64,000 bases of DNA from an uncultured Candidatus Saccharibacteria bacterium. Lineage in GTDB: Bacteria > Patescibacteriota > Saccharimonadia > Saccharimonadales > CAZARM01. The first letter of the stretch is position 1. Every line of letters starts with the position of its first letter. The notes under the pieces were generated by a model. That model was not told the origin of the DNA. It saw nothing but the letters and a program-made list of their open reading frames with translations, and did no database searches. Location of the stretch: assembly GCA_964463635.1 (NCBI GenBank), contig CAYXCB010000001.1, positions 7,526 to 71,525 of the forward strand, in the 5' to 3' direction. Of this stretch, positions 38,767-48,304 are shown one piece after another. The translations under genes and the position numbers were made by a program.

Positions 38767-39618
38767 TTAGCCTTCGTTCTCTTGAACTTTCAGCCTGGGG
38801 ACGCTTTCGTTGTAAGCCAGCAAGGAAAGGGCTAGTAGGTTTGCGCCAGCAAATAGGACCAGGTCGCCCCAGTTAGCATTATAGAAAGTGCCGACTGTGG
38901 TCGTATAGGAGAAAATAATGTCGCCAAAGTACATAACCAGCATGCCAAGAAAAGTCAGTATTAACGGCAGGCGTAGTTTGCCACCTAAATATTTGCCGGC
39001 GATAGCCGCAATGATCGCCACCAGTGTAAAGGAAACAAAGTCGGCCACAGGATAGAACACATCTAGGAACGTTTTAAGTTTATCAGTGGTGTCAGAAAAG
39101 AACTCTCCTTGTTTAGCAACTACCACCGCTAAGTAATAAGTTAGCGCCACACTTAGGCCGCAAAGTATAATAATGCCCCACCACAGCAGCGGTTTCTTTT
39201 TTAACACCAAATTAACACCGGCCAGCCGAGTTAAGAGCACAGTGCTAGCCGCATATAAGGTAACACCTGACGCAAAACCTACGTCAGCCACGGACGGATA
39301 CGGCGCTTCTACTTCTAAAACTAAATTGTAATAAGACCATATGAGTTCGCCAGCCGACCATAGAAATAGGCCCAGCGACAGCAGGCCGATCGAGCGCCCA
39401 AGCACGCTGGACATACCGCCCCATCTTTTGGCCGCCATAAAACCCTTCAAGCTAGCCAGAAAAGGCACCACGCCAAGCATTAGTGAGAAGTAGTAGTTAA
39501 GGTTAGCGTCAACTGTGTGCTGCATTTGAACAACCACCCACATACCTAAGGTTAGAACCATTAGAAAAACAATAAACAAATTGTATTTACTCTTCCAGAA
39601 AGTTTTTGTAGATAACAT
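38767..39618 (-). CDS. multi-pass membrane protein (sensor-like)
   Basis: About 8 hydrophobic helices; PYPSVAD and FYPVAD motifs resemble N-terminal sensor domains of GGDEF/kinase proteins. Confidence 0.75.
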   Translation of the reverse strand: MLSTKTFWKSKYNLFIVFLMVLTLGMWVVVQMQHTVDANLNYYFSLMLGVVPFLASLKGFMAAKRWGGMSSVLGRSIGLLSLGLFLWSAGELIWSYYNLVLEVEAPYPSVADVGFASGVTLYAASTVLLTRLAGVNLVLKKKPLLWWGIIILCGLSVALTYYLAVVVAKQGEFFSDTTDKLKTFLDVFYPVADFVSFTLVAIIAAIAGKYLGGKLRLPLILTFLGMLVMYFGDIIFSYTTTVGTFYNANWGDLVLFAGANLLALSLLAYNESVPRLKVQENEG

Positions 39619-39696
39619 GGTTATTACTCATCTAAATATTAATGATATAATATCACACAGGTAATGCTTTAAAGCGAAAATAAAAAGTTAATCGTT

Positions 39697-40929
39697 ATGC
39701 CCCTCATCAAAACAAAAAAATCATTTGAGTCCTTTACTGCTGATTGCAATCATTTGGCAAGTAAAATCTTACAGCGCCGCTATGACCTCGTGGGCTTGCT
39801 ATCGCAATATGAGACATATGAAACCGCTAATGACGAAATTGAGCGATCAGTAGAGGCTTTAAGGGGTATGAGCAAAGAGCTATCCGCAATTAAACACCCG
39901 TTGAGCAACCTCACTATCTCTACCTTTTTTCCCTTAAACCTCCCCCTTTATTCACTGGTCTTGTTTGGTATTGCTCCAAGTGTTTTCGCTCGACAAGTTT
40001 ACATTCGACCGCCTGAAATAATGCATAAAATGCTCCAGGAAGTATTTGAGTTCCTGGAAATTAGCAAACTTTTTGCCAACATTTCCGTCCATGTGGTGCC
40101 GCGATATATTTTTATGGATTTATATGCATCGGAGTCTGACGTGATTGTTTTCACCGGTAAATATGAAAATGCTCTGTCAATTCATAAGCAATGTCCTCAG
40201 GCTCTGCTGGTGTATAACGGCAGCGGCATAAATCCTTTCTTGCTATTTGACGACGCCAATATTGACCTAGCTGTCGCCAAGGCCGTCGAAATGCGCTGTT
40301 TTAACAGCGGCCAGGACTGTGCAGGGCCAGACGCTTTCTTTATCCCGACTACCTTAGCCGACGCTTTTGTCGGCAAGCTGCAAAGAGCCTTAGAGCAGGT
40401 AAAAGTAGGCGACTCAACTGATCCGGAAGTTAGAGTTAGCCGCACCATGAAAGAAACTTATATCCAACAGCTTCAGCCCGTCCTGGAAAGAGAGCGCCAA
40501 AATCTAGTTTACGGGGGTGAGATCGACCTGGAAAAGCATCTAGTTCATCCTACTATAGTCGTTAAACCCATTGCGGAACATGCTGGCAACTTCCATGAGT
40601 TCTTCGCGCCAGTTTTTTATGTACTCGAATATAACGATATTGCTGAATTGGAAAAAGCCCTGTTTAGCCAAGAACTTATAGATCGTTCTATGTATATCTC
40701 TGTGTTTGGCAATAATGAAGAAATTGAGAATAAATTGACCTTTGCCCGTCTACTGAAAGATAAGATAGTAAACGACGTTGAGCGCGGCAACTATGAATAT
40801 GGCGGCTACGGGCCAAACGCTAACTTCCTGCTCTACGGTGACCAAAAAGTGATCCAGCCAGTATTAATCAGCCGCGATATGCACAGCCAGCTGGCCCGAG
40901 CTTCTAGTCACGCAGCTGCTCAGCAGTAG
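39697..40929 (+). CDS. aldehyde dehydrogenase-like protein
   Basis: PLNLP, VFTG, FNSGQDCAGPD (catalytic Cys) and HEFFAPV motifs. Confidence 0.8.
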   Translation: MPLIKTKKSFESFTADCNHLASKILQRRYDLVGLLSQYETYETANDEIERSVEALRGMSKELSAIKHPLSNLTISTFFPLNLPLYSLVLFGIAPSVFARQVYIRPPEIMHKMLQEVFEFLEISKLFANISVHVVPRYIFMDLYASESDVIVFTGKYENALSIHKQCPQALLVYNGSGINPFLLFDDANIDLAVAKAVEMRCFNSGQDCAGPDAFFIPTTLADAFVGKLQRALEQVKVGDSTDPEVRVSRTMKETYIQQLQPVLERERQNLVYGGEIDLEKHLVHPTIVVKPIAEHAGNFHEFFAPVFYVLEYNDIAELEKALFSQELIDRSMYISVFGNNEEIENKLTFARLLKDKIVNDVERGNYEYGGYGPNANFLLYGDQKVIQPVLISRDMHSQLARASSHAAAQQ

Positions 40930-42331
40930 CCACTGAATTACTTAGCAACGTAACAAGTTCTAGGGGTCGGCTCTTTGTAACTAATTCCCTAAACTCAACT
41001 GGCACATCGATAAGGCTCAGTATTTTTTGCCTGTCCTCAGTATTGTAAGCTTTTCTGCTAATGGCGTAGGCCAGAGTATGTGAGACTTGGGTTAAAGCTG
41101 TACTAAGTGATTCTGGTAACTTTTCCTGATGCATCAATGCCTTTTGGGCTACGGCCGGATCAATGCATACAAAACTATTGAATGCGCTTTCGATTATAAC
41201 TCTGTTGGCGTGGTTATAAAGCAGCTGATGAAACCGCTGCGGAGCTATGACAATGATGGGACTTGCCGTCTTGTCTTGCTTTACTTTTTTAAGCAGTTTA
41301 TTGGTCGCGTATAGCAAATAGGCAGCTTTTAATGGTACGCCAGTAGCAGTGCGAAGCGAGGCCATAGGACCAGATTCTATATGGTAGTAGGCGGCTTTGC
41401 TCTCGGGATCCCTGATTAGGCCAAGCCCTTCAGAATTTAGGCTATATTCGTCAATCCACCGATTCGTTTTAGCGATGATTTCACTTTCTTGCTGGGCGTT
41501 CGGTTTTGTACTGTCTTCAAAATTGCTCAGATTTACAGCCTGAATATAGTGCTTTAGCAAATCTTGAAGTTTTTTTACGTTGGCTCTTGTGAGATCGGTT
41601 TCCAATGATGCTAACCAAGCACTAATTTTTTTTTCGCGTTGGGCCAGTGGCGCACTAATACTAAGCTCCTGGCGGTAGTCGGCAACGGATTGAGCCTGGT
41701 CATTATTGTCATTGATCCACATTTGGAGATTCAGTAATTCTGCAATCTCCTCTGAACTATCTGGTATTAGGTACTCGCTTTTTAGGTTATAGCCAGCTAC
41801 ATGATAAATATCGCTGATAAACCTATAGACAGTCTCGGCATGCTGGTCGTCAGCTGCCTGACCCAGAGTAGATCCGGCAACCAGTAAAAACACATATTTA
41901 TTACGGTCTTTGCGCGATTGGGGTTTTTGCAGCCAATGAGCTACATAATAGGCTGTCTCAGACAAGTAATTTTCTGAGAGTTCAAAGTTAATGTACCCGC
42001 TGACAGCCTCTGTCTGGACATTATCTAACATCGTAGGGTGGGATTTGTGAAGCCATCGTTTGACATGTTCGGCTAGGGTCTCAGCAACTTCTCCTGGGTT
42101 ACTCTTTAAAAGATTGGCTAGCTCAAAACAGGGGAAAACGTAATCAATATGCTTCCCATTGCCGGCTTCGATCGCCTTGGCCTGTTTGTTAACCTCTGGC
42201 ATGAAATCAACACCATAGGTCTGATATACTGCCACCTTCAAGACCTGGCCCAAAAATTCCCGAGGGTGCTTAGTAAGACCGGTAATTGTTTCCAGAGAAT
42301 CTTGTCTTTTGAGTTTTCTACCTAGTTTCAT
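40904..42331 (-). CDS. arginyl-tRNA synthetase-like protein lacking catalytic motifs
   Basis: N-terminal HIDYVFPCFELANLLKSNPGEVAETL...GYINF matches the ArgRS N domain; no HIGH motif. Confidence 0.65.
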   Translation of the reverse strand: MKLGRKLKRQDSLETITGLTKHPREFLGQVLKVAVYQTYGVDFMPEVNKQAKAIEAGNGKHIDYVFPCFELANLLKSNPGEVAETLAEHVKRWLHKSHPTMLDNVQTEAVSGYINFELSENYLSETAYYVAHWLQKPQSRKDRNKYVFLLVAGSTLGQAADDQHAETVYRFISDIYHVAGYNLKSEYLIPDSSEEIAELLNLQMWINDNNDQAQSVADYRQELSISAPLAQREKKISAWLASLETDLTRANVKKLQDLLKHYIQAVNLSNFEDSTKPNAQQESEIIAKTNRWIDEYSLNSEGLGLIRDPESKAAYYHIESGPMASLRTATGVPLKAAYLLYATNKLLKKVKQDKTASPIIVIAPQRFHQLLYNHANRVIIESAFNSFVCIDPAVAQKALMHQEKLPESLSTALTQVSHTLAYAISRKAYNTEDRQKILSLIDVPVEFRELVTKSRPLELVTLLSNSVATAEQLRD

Positions 42332-42369
42332 AATGCCTGTACTTGATCTATCCCACTACCTTACACGGT

Positions 42370-43260
42370 TTAATGATATATGAAAAACAGGCCGACAATC
42401 ATAACAATCATGCACAGGATTTTCTTGGGCAAGCGCTTGTCCTTTATTTCACGAAAATATTTTGGGAAAAACGGGCTCAAGGCAATACCGAACACTAGCA
42501 CGAACAGTGGCTGCAGCCCTTCAATGCCCTTAACCACAGATAACGCCCCTGCGCTGATAGCGTAGCCTTGGGTCATTTCAGCCAATATATTTACGACTTC
42601 AGCCACTACAAGAAAAAGTAAAATTATAACTTTGGATGATTTTACTACTTTCTTAAATTCTGTTTTTTTCTGGCTAAAAGCTAGGAATGTCAGGCCGCCG
42701 ACACCGAAACCGAACGATACCCACATGTAAATTTCTGCAAAGGTGCCTCCGCGGTAGGCGTATTTGCTCAAAATGGCCGCAAAGGCGTAGATCACTGCAC
42801 CAATGGTGGCGTAAAAAATAGCAGACGATAGTTTAAACTTGCGTATTTCCAGCAATGAAAGCACAAATGACGCCAGGATGATTATAGCTAGTCCTATGTA
42901 CTGCGAGGTATGCAAAACTTCGCTGAGCAACATAAAGGCCAGAAACGGTACTAGTGCTGCCGACAAGTTGTTGAGGGCGACGGCTACAGATGGCTCATCG
43001 GCGTCGAGCGTACGGAAGTAAAAATAGTAGAAAAAAACCGTCAGCACGCCAGCTCCAATGGCACTAGCCACATAACGAGGCTCGCTTGCAATTCGCTCAT
43101 TGGTCACGAACAGGTAGAAAGATGGCAGGAAACCGAATAAACCGGAAATAACCGCGCCAAAAGCGGCACTGCGATAGACGTTTTTGAGCAAATTGTCGTC
43201 TATGAGGTTAACAACTGCCCACAGAATCGTCGCTGTTATCGCCGCAATAAACCAAGTCAT
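42370..43260 (-). CDS. EamA/DMT family transporter
   Basis: About 10 TM in two repeats; LAFMLLSEVL...QYIG and LQPLFV. Confidence 0.85.
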   Translation of the reverse strand: MTWFIAAITATILWAVVNLIDDNLLKNVYRSAAFGAVISGLFGFLPSFYLFVTNERIASEPRYVASAIGAGVLTVFFYYFYFRTLDADEPSVAVALNNLSAALVPFLAFMLLSEVLHTSQYIGLAIIILASFVLSLLEIRKFKLSSAIFYATIGAVIYAFAAILSKYAYRGGTFAEIYMWVSFGFGVGGLTFLAFSQKKTEFKKVVKSSKVIILLFLVVAEVVNILAEMTQGYAISAGALSVVKGIEGLQPLFVLVFGIALSPFFPKYFREIKDKRLPKKILCMIVMIVGLFFIYH

Positions 43261-43349
43261 ACTTTAGATATTTTTACCTTGATAGGTTCTTATTTTAATG
43301 CTTTTGCTATTATATACCTATCACTACTAACTGAGTTTACTATTCGCTT

Positions 43350-43718
43350 ATGCCAAAAGTAGCAATCGTAGAAGATGACCAGGCGATCAGCCAGATGTAC
43401 CGCATCAAGTTTGAGGCGGAAGGATTCGAAGTCGAAACCGCCGAAAACGGCAAACTTGGGCTAGAGCTAGTCGAGAAAATGATGCCTGACATCATATTGC
43501 TTGATCTGATGATGCCCGAAATGACCGGCGACGCTATGCTTCAGAAACTGCGTGCGACCGACTGGGGCAAGAATATCAGAGTTATCATCCTGACCAACAT
43601 GGGCGAGCAAGAAGCCCCGCCAATTGTGAAAACCCTCGATGTAAGGCGCTTTATAGTCAAAGCCGAGATGACGCCTCGCCAAGTAGCCGAGATGGTCAAA
43701 AAAGAACTTGCCCAGTAG
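43350..43718 (+). CDS. single-domain response regulator
   Basis: IVEDD, DIILLDLMMPEM, ILTN and FIVKA motifs. Confidence 0.93.
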   Translation: MPKVAIVEDDQAISQMYRIKFEAEGFEVETAENGKLGLELVEKMMPDIILLDLMMPEMTGDAMLQKLRATDWGKNIRVIILTNMGEQEAPPIVKTLDVRRFIVKAEMTPRQVAEMVKKELAQ

Positions 43719-44292
43719 GGTCAGGCAAGTGTTGTTTTTCTACTAAAAAATCAATGATTGCCGTACCCAGGGCTGCAACGGCTTTGTCAATGCCCTCTGT
43801 GTTTTGAAAAACTAAATCAGCTGCTTCATCTGCCTCCTTGCGATCTGAATGGAATCTCCGCAACCGTGAGTGCATGTCGCCCGGATCAACATTAGGATCC
43901 CTCGCTGTAAACGCATTTTCTGGGTTTTGATCAAGCGGTGAAACAGCACAAAAAGCTACTGGCGGTGCAATTAGTCCACGAAGTTTAACCGCGAATACTG
44001 GCATGAGTATTCGCATCCTGATTTCCCTTTCGGCCAAAGGTCGGGGTACTTCGATGCCGTATTCATAGGTTGGATAGGTCTGAAAGGTAAATAAAAAGTC
44101 CGAGCGTTTTTCATCAAACTCTTCCTGGTCCACAAAAACATTTTCTTTGTCACATTCGTCAGGTCTTCTTGACCGGGTTGTCCACGTTTTATCAACACTG
44201 AAACTATATTCAGCAGATGTTTCAGCCAAACTTAGCATAAGTGATGTTTTGCCAGCTGTAGAAGGGCCAAAAAATACAATGTGAGCACCCAT
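43696..44292 (-). CDS. guanylate kinase-like P-loop kinase
   Basis: GPSTAGKTSL, TTRSRRPDE and YEYG motifs. Confidence 0.75.
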   Translation of the reverse strand: MGAHIVFFGPSTAGKTSLMLSLAETSAEYSFSVDKTWTTRSRRPDECDKENVFVDQEEFDEKRSDFLFTFQTYPTYEYGIEVPRPLAEREIRMRILMPVFAVKLRGLIAPPVAFCAVSPLDQNPENAFTARDPNVDPGDMHSRLRRFHSDRKEADEAADLVFQNTEGIDKAVAALGTAIIDFLVEKQHLPDPTGQVLF

Positions 44293-44294
44293 AA

Positions 44295-45506
44295 TCAGCC
44301 AGCTTTTTGCATCAAACGGTTCCCCAGGAGGCTTGTTGCTGGTTCTTGTTTACCAATAACTGATTCGTACAATTTAATTAGTGTTGGCAGCTGGACTTCC
44401 CAGGATAGGTAGCCAATATCTTTGACAGCTTGGTCGGCCAGGCGCTTTTGAAGTTCAATGTTTTTCGATAAAAATAAAATAGCTTCTGCTAATTTGGCTA
44501 CGGATTGTTGCGGAACAAGTAGACCATTTTGATTATTACGAATAAAGCTGTTTATTCCTTGGGAGTCAGCTCCTATGAATGGCTTTCCAGAGGCCATGGC
44601 TTCAACGGTGGCAACTGGGGCACCCTCATAGTATGAGGGCATTGCGATTATATCGCTGGCCGCATACAGTTTGGGCATATCTTCATATAAAAATTTGCGG
44701 CTAGGAATAATGATTCGATTCTTAATGCTGGGATAGCTGGCTTGGGATTTTAAGGATTCCCAAAAAACCGTGTCTAGTGGTTCAACAGCAGCTGGCAGAC
44801 AAAGATAATAATTACTAGGAAGATGCACGAGTGCACGGACTATTTCTTTAATTCCTTTGCGAGGGATAACCCTAGAAGGAGTCATAATCAGAATATCGTT
44901 ATCACTGAGGCCAAATTCCTGACGCAGCTGAGGGTTTTCTTTGGCAGTAAATAAAGTAATATCAACAGGGTACGGTACAGCCTCGACAGGAAGTTTACCC
45001 CTTACAATTTTGTTGGCGGCTTCAGCGTAAACTTGGTTGGCAGCAGTCAACAGCTTTGGCCGCGCTAAATCTATTACGCCCCTGGCAAAGCTCAGCTCCG
45101 CTTCAAAACTATCCATTCCGCCGATTATTCTCTCGCCCCACACCGGAGTACTGTGGATAGATGCTATCACTGGTATATTGCGATGGTTACACAGGCCAAC
45201 AACCAGAAGCCCGAAGTAACCATGAACATGTATGATATCGGGGTTTAAGCGTTCAATTAACTTATGGAGGCCGGCGGTTGCAGCAATAATATCGAGTTTG
45301 GAGTCGCTCAAACCATTTATTTCATAGACGCCGTATGGGTAATTATCGACGTTACGTTCGGCCAGCGGTTCGACAGCGATTGAAATATTGATACCCGCAC
45401 TGTGGAGGCGATTTATGGAATTCAACACAAATGTTTCGCCACCACCGATAATTGGATGAAATTTTGGAGAGATAATAAGGATTTTCATAGGCCTACCTTG
45501 CTCCAC
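44295..45506 (-). CDS. glycosyltransferase family 4
   Basis: GGGE, PDIIHVH, RKG and PSYYEGAPVATVEAMASGKP (EX7E) motifs. Confidence 0.92.
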   Translation of the reverse strand: MEQGRPMKILIISPKFHPIIGGGETFVLNSINRLHSAGINISIAVEPLAERNVDNYPYGVYEINGLSDSKLDIIAATAGLHKLIERLNPDIIHVHGYFGLLVVGLCNHRNIPVIASIHSTPVWGERIIGGMDSFEAELSFARGVIDLARPKLLTAANQVYAEAANKIVRGKLPVEAVPYPVDITLFTAKENPQLRQEFGLSDNDILIMTPSRVIPRKGIKEIVRALVHLPSNYYLCLPAAVEPLDTVFWESLKSQASYPSIKNRIIIPSRKFLYEDMPKLYAASDIIAMPSYYEGAPVATVEAMASGKPFIGADSQGINSFIRNNQNGLLVPQQSVAKLAEAILFLSKNIELQKRLADQAVKDIGYLSWEVQLPTLIKLYESVIGKQEPATSLLGNRLMQKAG

Positions 45507-46047
45507 ACTTTATAAACCAAATATTTAATGCCGCCAGCAAGTTAATATTGTCGAATTGGTCGCTAGTAATCATGTTTTTGAGCTTCTTTACTGTCATCCA
45601 GTTATTCTCAATAAACTCGTCCTCATCATGAACAAGTTTTTGCTCAAACAGTTGTTCGCACAAAACAACGAACTGCTTTTGGTTAGACAACCTGTTATGC
45701 ACAAAAAAAGATCCTATGGTCGTAGTTTGCTCGGAACTATACCCCGACTCTTCTGCCAGCTCACGCATCGCAGCTCTTTCAGGGGTTTCATTAGGCTTCA
45801 TACTGCCGCCAGGCAGCTGCCACATGACTTTATCAGGCGGATAGCTGTATTCCTTTTGAATCAGGACTTGATTATCTTTATTTACGGCAATGATTGCTAC
45901 CGAATGGTGGCGAGCAGAAGCATGATGTACATATGTTGATTTTTTTCCGTTAGGCAGTTCTACCCTATCTTCGCGTACTTTCAAGCGTTTATGATCAAGA
46001 ATAAGCCGAGAGGATAACTTCTTCCAAGGCTTGGGTTTACTCTTCAT
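45493..46047 (-). CDS. NUDIX hydrolase (ADP-ribose pyrophosphatase-like)
   Basis: LPGG...AAMRELAEESG and DEDEFIE motifs. Confidence 0.9.
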   Translation of the reverse strand: MKSKPKPWKKLSSRLILDHKRLKVREDRVELPNGKKSTYVHHASARHHSVAIIAVNKDNQVLIQKEYSYPPDKVMWQLPGGSMKPNETPERAAMRELAEESGYSSEQTTTIGSFFVHNRLSNQKQFVVLCEQLFEQKLVHDEDEFIENNWMTVKKLKNMITSDQFDNINLLAALNIWFIKCGAR

Positions 46048-46175
46048 AGGTCTCCTATAAGTGCGAATACTACCTCTATATAGAGCATAATTTTAGAACT
46101 TTTTATAATATTGTCAACTTGTTGCACTTCTTACACTTTCGGTTCAGTATTCTTCAAACTGATACAATATACTCT

Positions 46176-47687
46176 ATGAAAATTGCTATTTTGGGTTTTG
46201 CCGGACAGGGCCAAGCTGCCTACGATTATTGGAATAAGCCTGAAAATGAGATTACGATCCGTGATAAGGATAAATCTATCAGCGCACCTGCTGGTGTTAT
46301 AACCCAGCTTGGACCGGACTATCTTAAGAATCTAGATCAATACGACTTGTTGGTGCGTACACCTGCCCTGCACCCGCGTGATATCGTGAACGCCAATCCT
46401 AAGTCACCGGATATTTTGGACAAAGTCACGACTGTCACTAATGAATTTTTCAAGGTTTGCCCGACCAAAAACATCATTGGAGTAACCGGAACTAAGGGTA
46501 AAGGCACGACTTCAACTCTGATTGCTAAAATCCTGGAAGCTGCTGGCAAAAAGGTACATTTGGGCGGCAATATCGGCATTCCACCGCCCGAGATGCTTAA
46601 AAATGGTATCCAGCCAGATGATTGGGTAGTGCTTGAACTAGCCAATTATCAGTTGATTGACCTGAAGCATTCGCCTCATATTGCAGTTTGTCTGATGGTA
46701 GAGCCCGAGCACATGGACTGGCATATAGCCCCCATGCCCGCCCAACCTCATAGGTCTAAAAAACAATCGACCGCACCAGGCGATCCCATCCGCAACCTCG
46801 ACGTACCTTCAGGTACGCCTCAGCCGACGTCTGAGACACCTGGCACGACCGCTGGTTCCTCATCTAGCTATAAGGATGAGCAGGCATGGGAGCTGGGACT
46901 GGAAGAGTACATTGCTGCCAAGCAGCAGCTTTTCATCCACCAATCAGAAGACGACATAGCTATTTATTACGCCAAAAATGAGAACTCTCTAAGCGTCGCC
47001 GATGCGTCAGAAAGCAAGCAAATCCCCTACTTTGCCCCGCCGGGAGCTTTCGTCGAAAACGACGATATCGTCATAGACGGTCAAAGCATCTGTGCAACCT
47101 CTGAACTTAAACTTCTTGGCCAGCATAATTGGCAGAACGTCTGCGCCGCCGTAACGACCGCTTGGCAAATTACTCAGGATGTTGAAGCTATACGCTCAGT
47201 CCTAACAACGTTTACTGGTCTTGAGCACCGTTTAGAGCTAGTTCGTGAACTGGACGGCGTCAAATATTATGATGACTCATTTGGCACCACGCCCGAAACA
47301 GCTATCGTGGCAACTGAAGCTTTAGATCAGCCAAAAGTTATTATCCTCGGCGGATCGGATAAAGGAGCAAAATTTGACGCTTTGGCCCAAACAATCGCTG
47401 GAGCCAATATCCGACAAGTTATTCTTATCGGCAATACAACTCATTCTCACTACAAAACGATCACGCCGGATATCGAATCGGCTTTAAAAGCAGCCGGAGT
47501 GACTACCCTCACTTCCACTGTGAAACCAGGCGGAATAACCATGGAAAAAGTGGTGCAATTAGCAAGAGAACATGCTCAGACTGGTGATGTCGTGCTGCTC
47601 TCGACTGCATGTGCTAGTTTCGATATGTTCAAGAACTACAAAGACCGCGGCGAACAGTTCAAGCAAGCTGTTCAAGCACTCTCTTAA
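46176..47687 (+). CDS. murD: UDP-MurNAc-L-Ala:D-Glu ligase with a 56-aa insertion
   Basis: MKIAILGF, VTGTKGKGTT, GGNIG, HMDWH, GLEHRLE, DDSFGT and ACASFDMFKNYKDRG motifs; next to murI. Confidence 0.95.
   Translation: MKIAILGFAGQGQAAYDYWNKPENEITIRDKDKSISAPAGVITQLGPDYLKNLDQYDLLVRTPALHPRDIVNANPKSPDILDKVTTVTNEFFKVCPTKNIIGVTGTKGKGTTSTLIAKILEAAGKKVHLGGNIGIPPPEMLKNGIQPDDWVVLELANYQLIDLKHSPHIAVCLMVEPEHMDWHIAPMPAQPHRSKKQSTAPGDPIRNLDVPSGTPQPTSETPGTTAGSSSSYKDEQAWELGLEEYIAAKQQLFIHQSEDDIAIYYAKNENSLSVADASESKQIPYFAPPGAFVENDDIVIDGQSICATSELKLLGQHNWQNVCAAVTTAWQITQDVEAIRSVLTTFTGLEHRLELVRELDGVKYYDDSFGTTPETAIVATEALDQPKVIILGGSDKGAKFDALAQTIAGANIRQVILIGNTTHSHYKTITPDIESALKAAGVTTLTSTVKPGGITMEKVVQLAREHAQTGDVVLLSTACASFDMFKNYKDRGEQFKQAVQALS
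46727..46894 (-). repeat. palindromic element, family A copy 3, in frame inside murD
   Basis: 27-nt terminal inverted repeats (22/27 match), central CGTACC-ttca-GGTACG hairpin, length 168 nt. Confidence 0.85.
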
Positions 47688-48303
47688 GCTGTGCGATTAC
47701 TGGTTGCTCGGGCTGTATTATTACCGCTCTGCTTTTAGTTTCTTTTTTGATAATTTCTTCAATCCAGTGGTAGTGGGTGCAACCCAGCACGATAACATCA
47801 GCTCCAGCCTTGCATACTGAGTCAATTTGTTTATGAACGTGTGACTGGTCAATTTCTTTGTTCTCGATTAACTCAGTCCAGTTGCCGCAGTCAGGCTCCA
47901 GGACTTTAATGTCTTTTGCATAGGTGTCTTTAAGCCACCCGTACCTGGGGCTAGCTAGCGTCGTCGGTGTCGCGCAAACTGCGATGATGTGTGATTTGGT
48001 TTGCTCAGCGGCTGGTTTGACCATCGGTTCAATACCAATTAATGGCAGTGTGAATCGCTTTCGCAATTCTTCAATTATGGTTGTGGTAACAGTGTTGCAA
48101 GCGACAACTATCACGTCTGTACGAGTGGCCAGGTCATCAAAAATTGGCGTCACTAGCTTAAGTAATTGATCTGGCGACTTTGTGCCATAGGGTATGTTTT
48201 TGCGGTCATTTACATAGATAATTTCATGTTCAGGTAAAGCCTGCCTAATGGCGTTCGTGACTGACTCGCCACCGACACCCGAGTCAAAAACACCTATGCG
48301 CAT
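47659..48303 (-). CDS. murI: glutamate racemase
   Basis: GVFDSGVGG, PYGTK, VACNT and VLGCTHY motifs. Confidence 0.96.
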   Translation of the reverse strand: MRIGVFDSGVGGESVTNAIRQALPEHEIIYVNDRKNIPYGTKSPDQLLKLVTPIFDDLATRTDVIVVACNTVTTTIIEELRKRFTLPLIGIEPMVKPAAEQTKSHIIAVCATPTTLASPRYGWLKDTYAKDIKVLEPDCGNWTELIENKEIDQSHVHKQIDSVCKAGADVIVLGCTHYHWIEEIIKKETKSRAVIIQPEQPVIAQLKRVLEQLA

Positions 48304-48304
48304 A

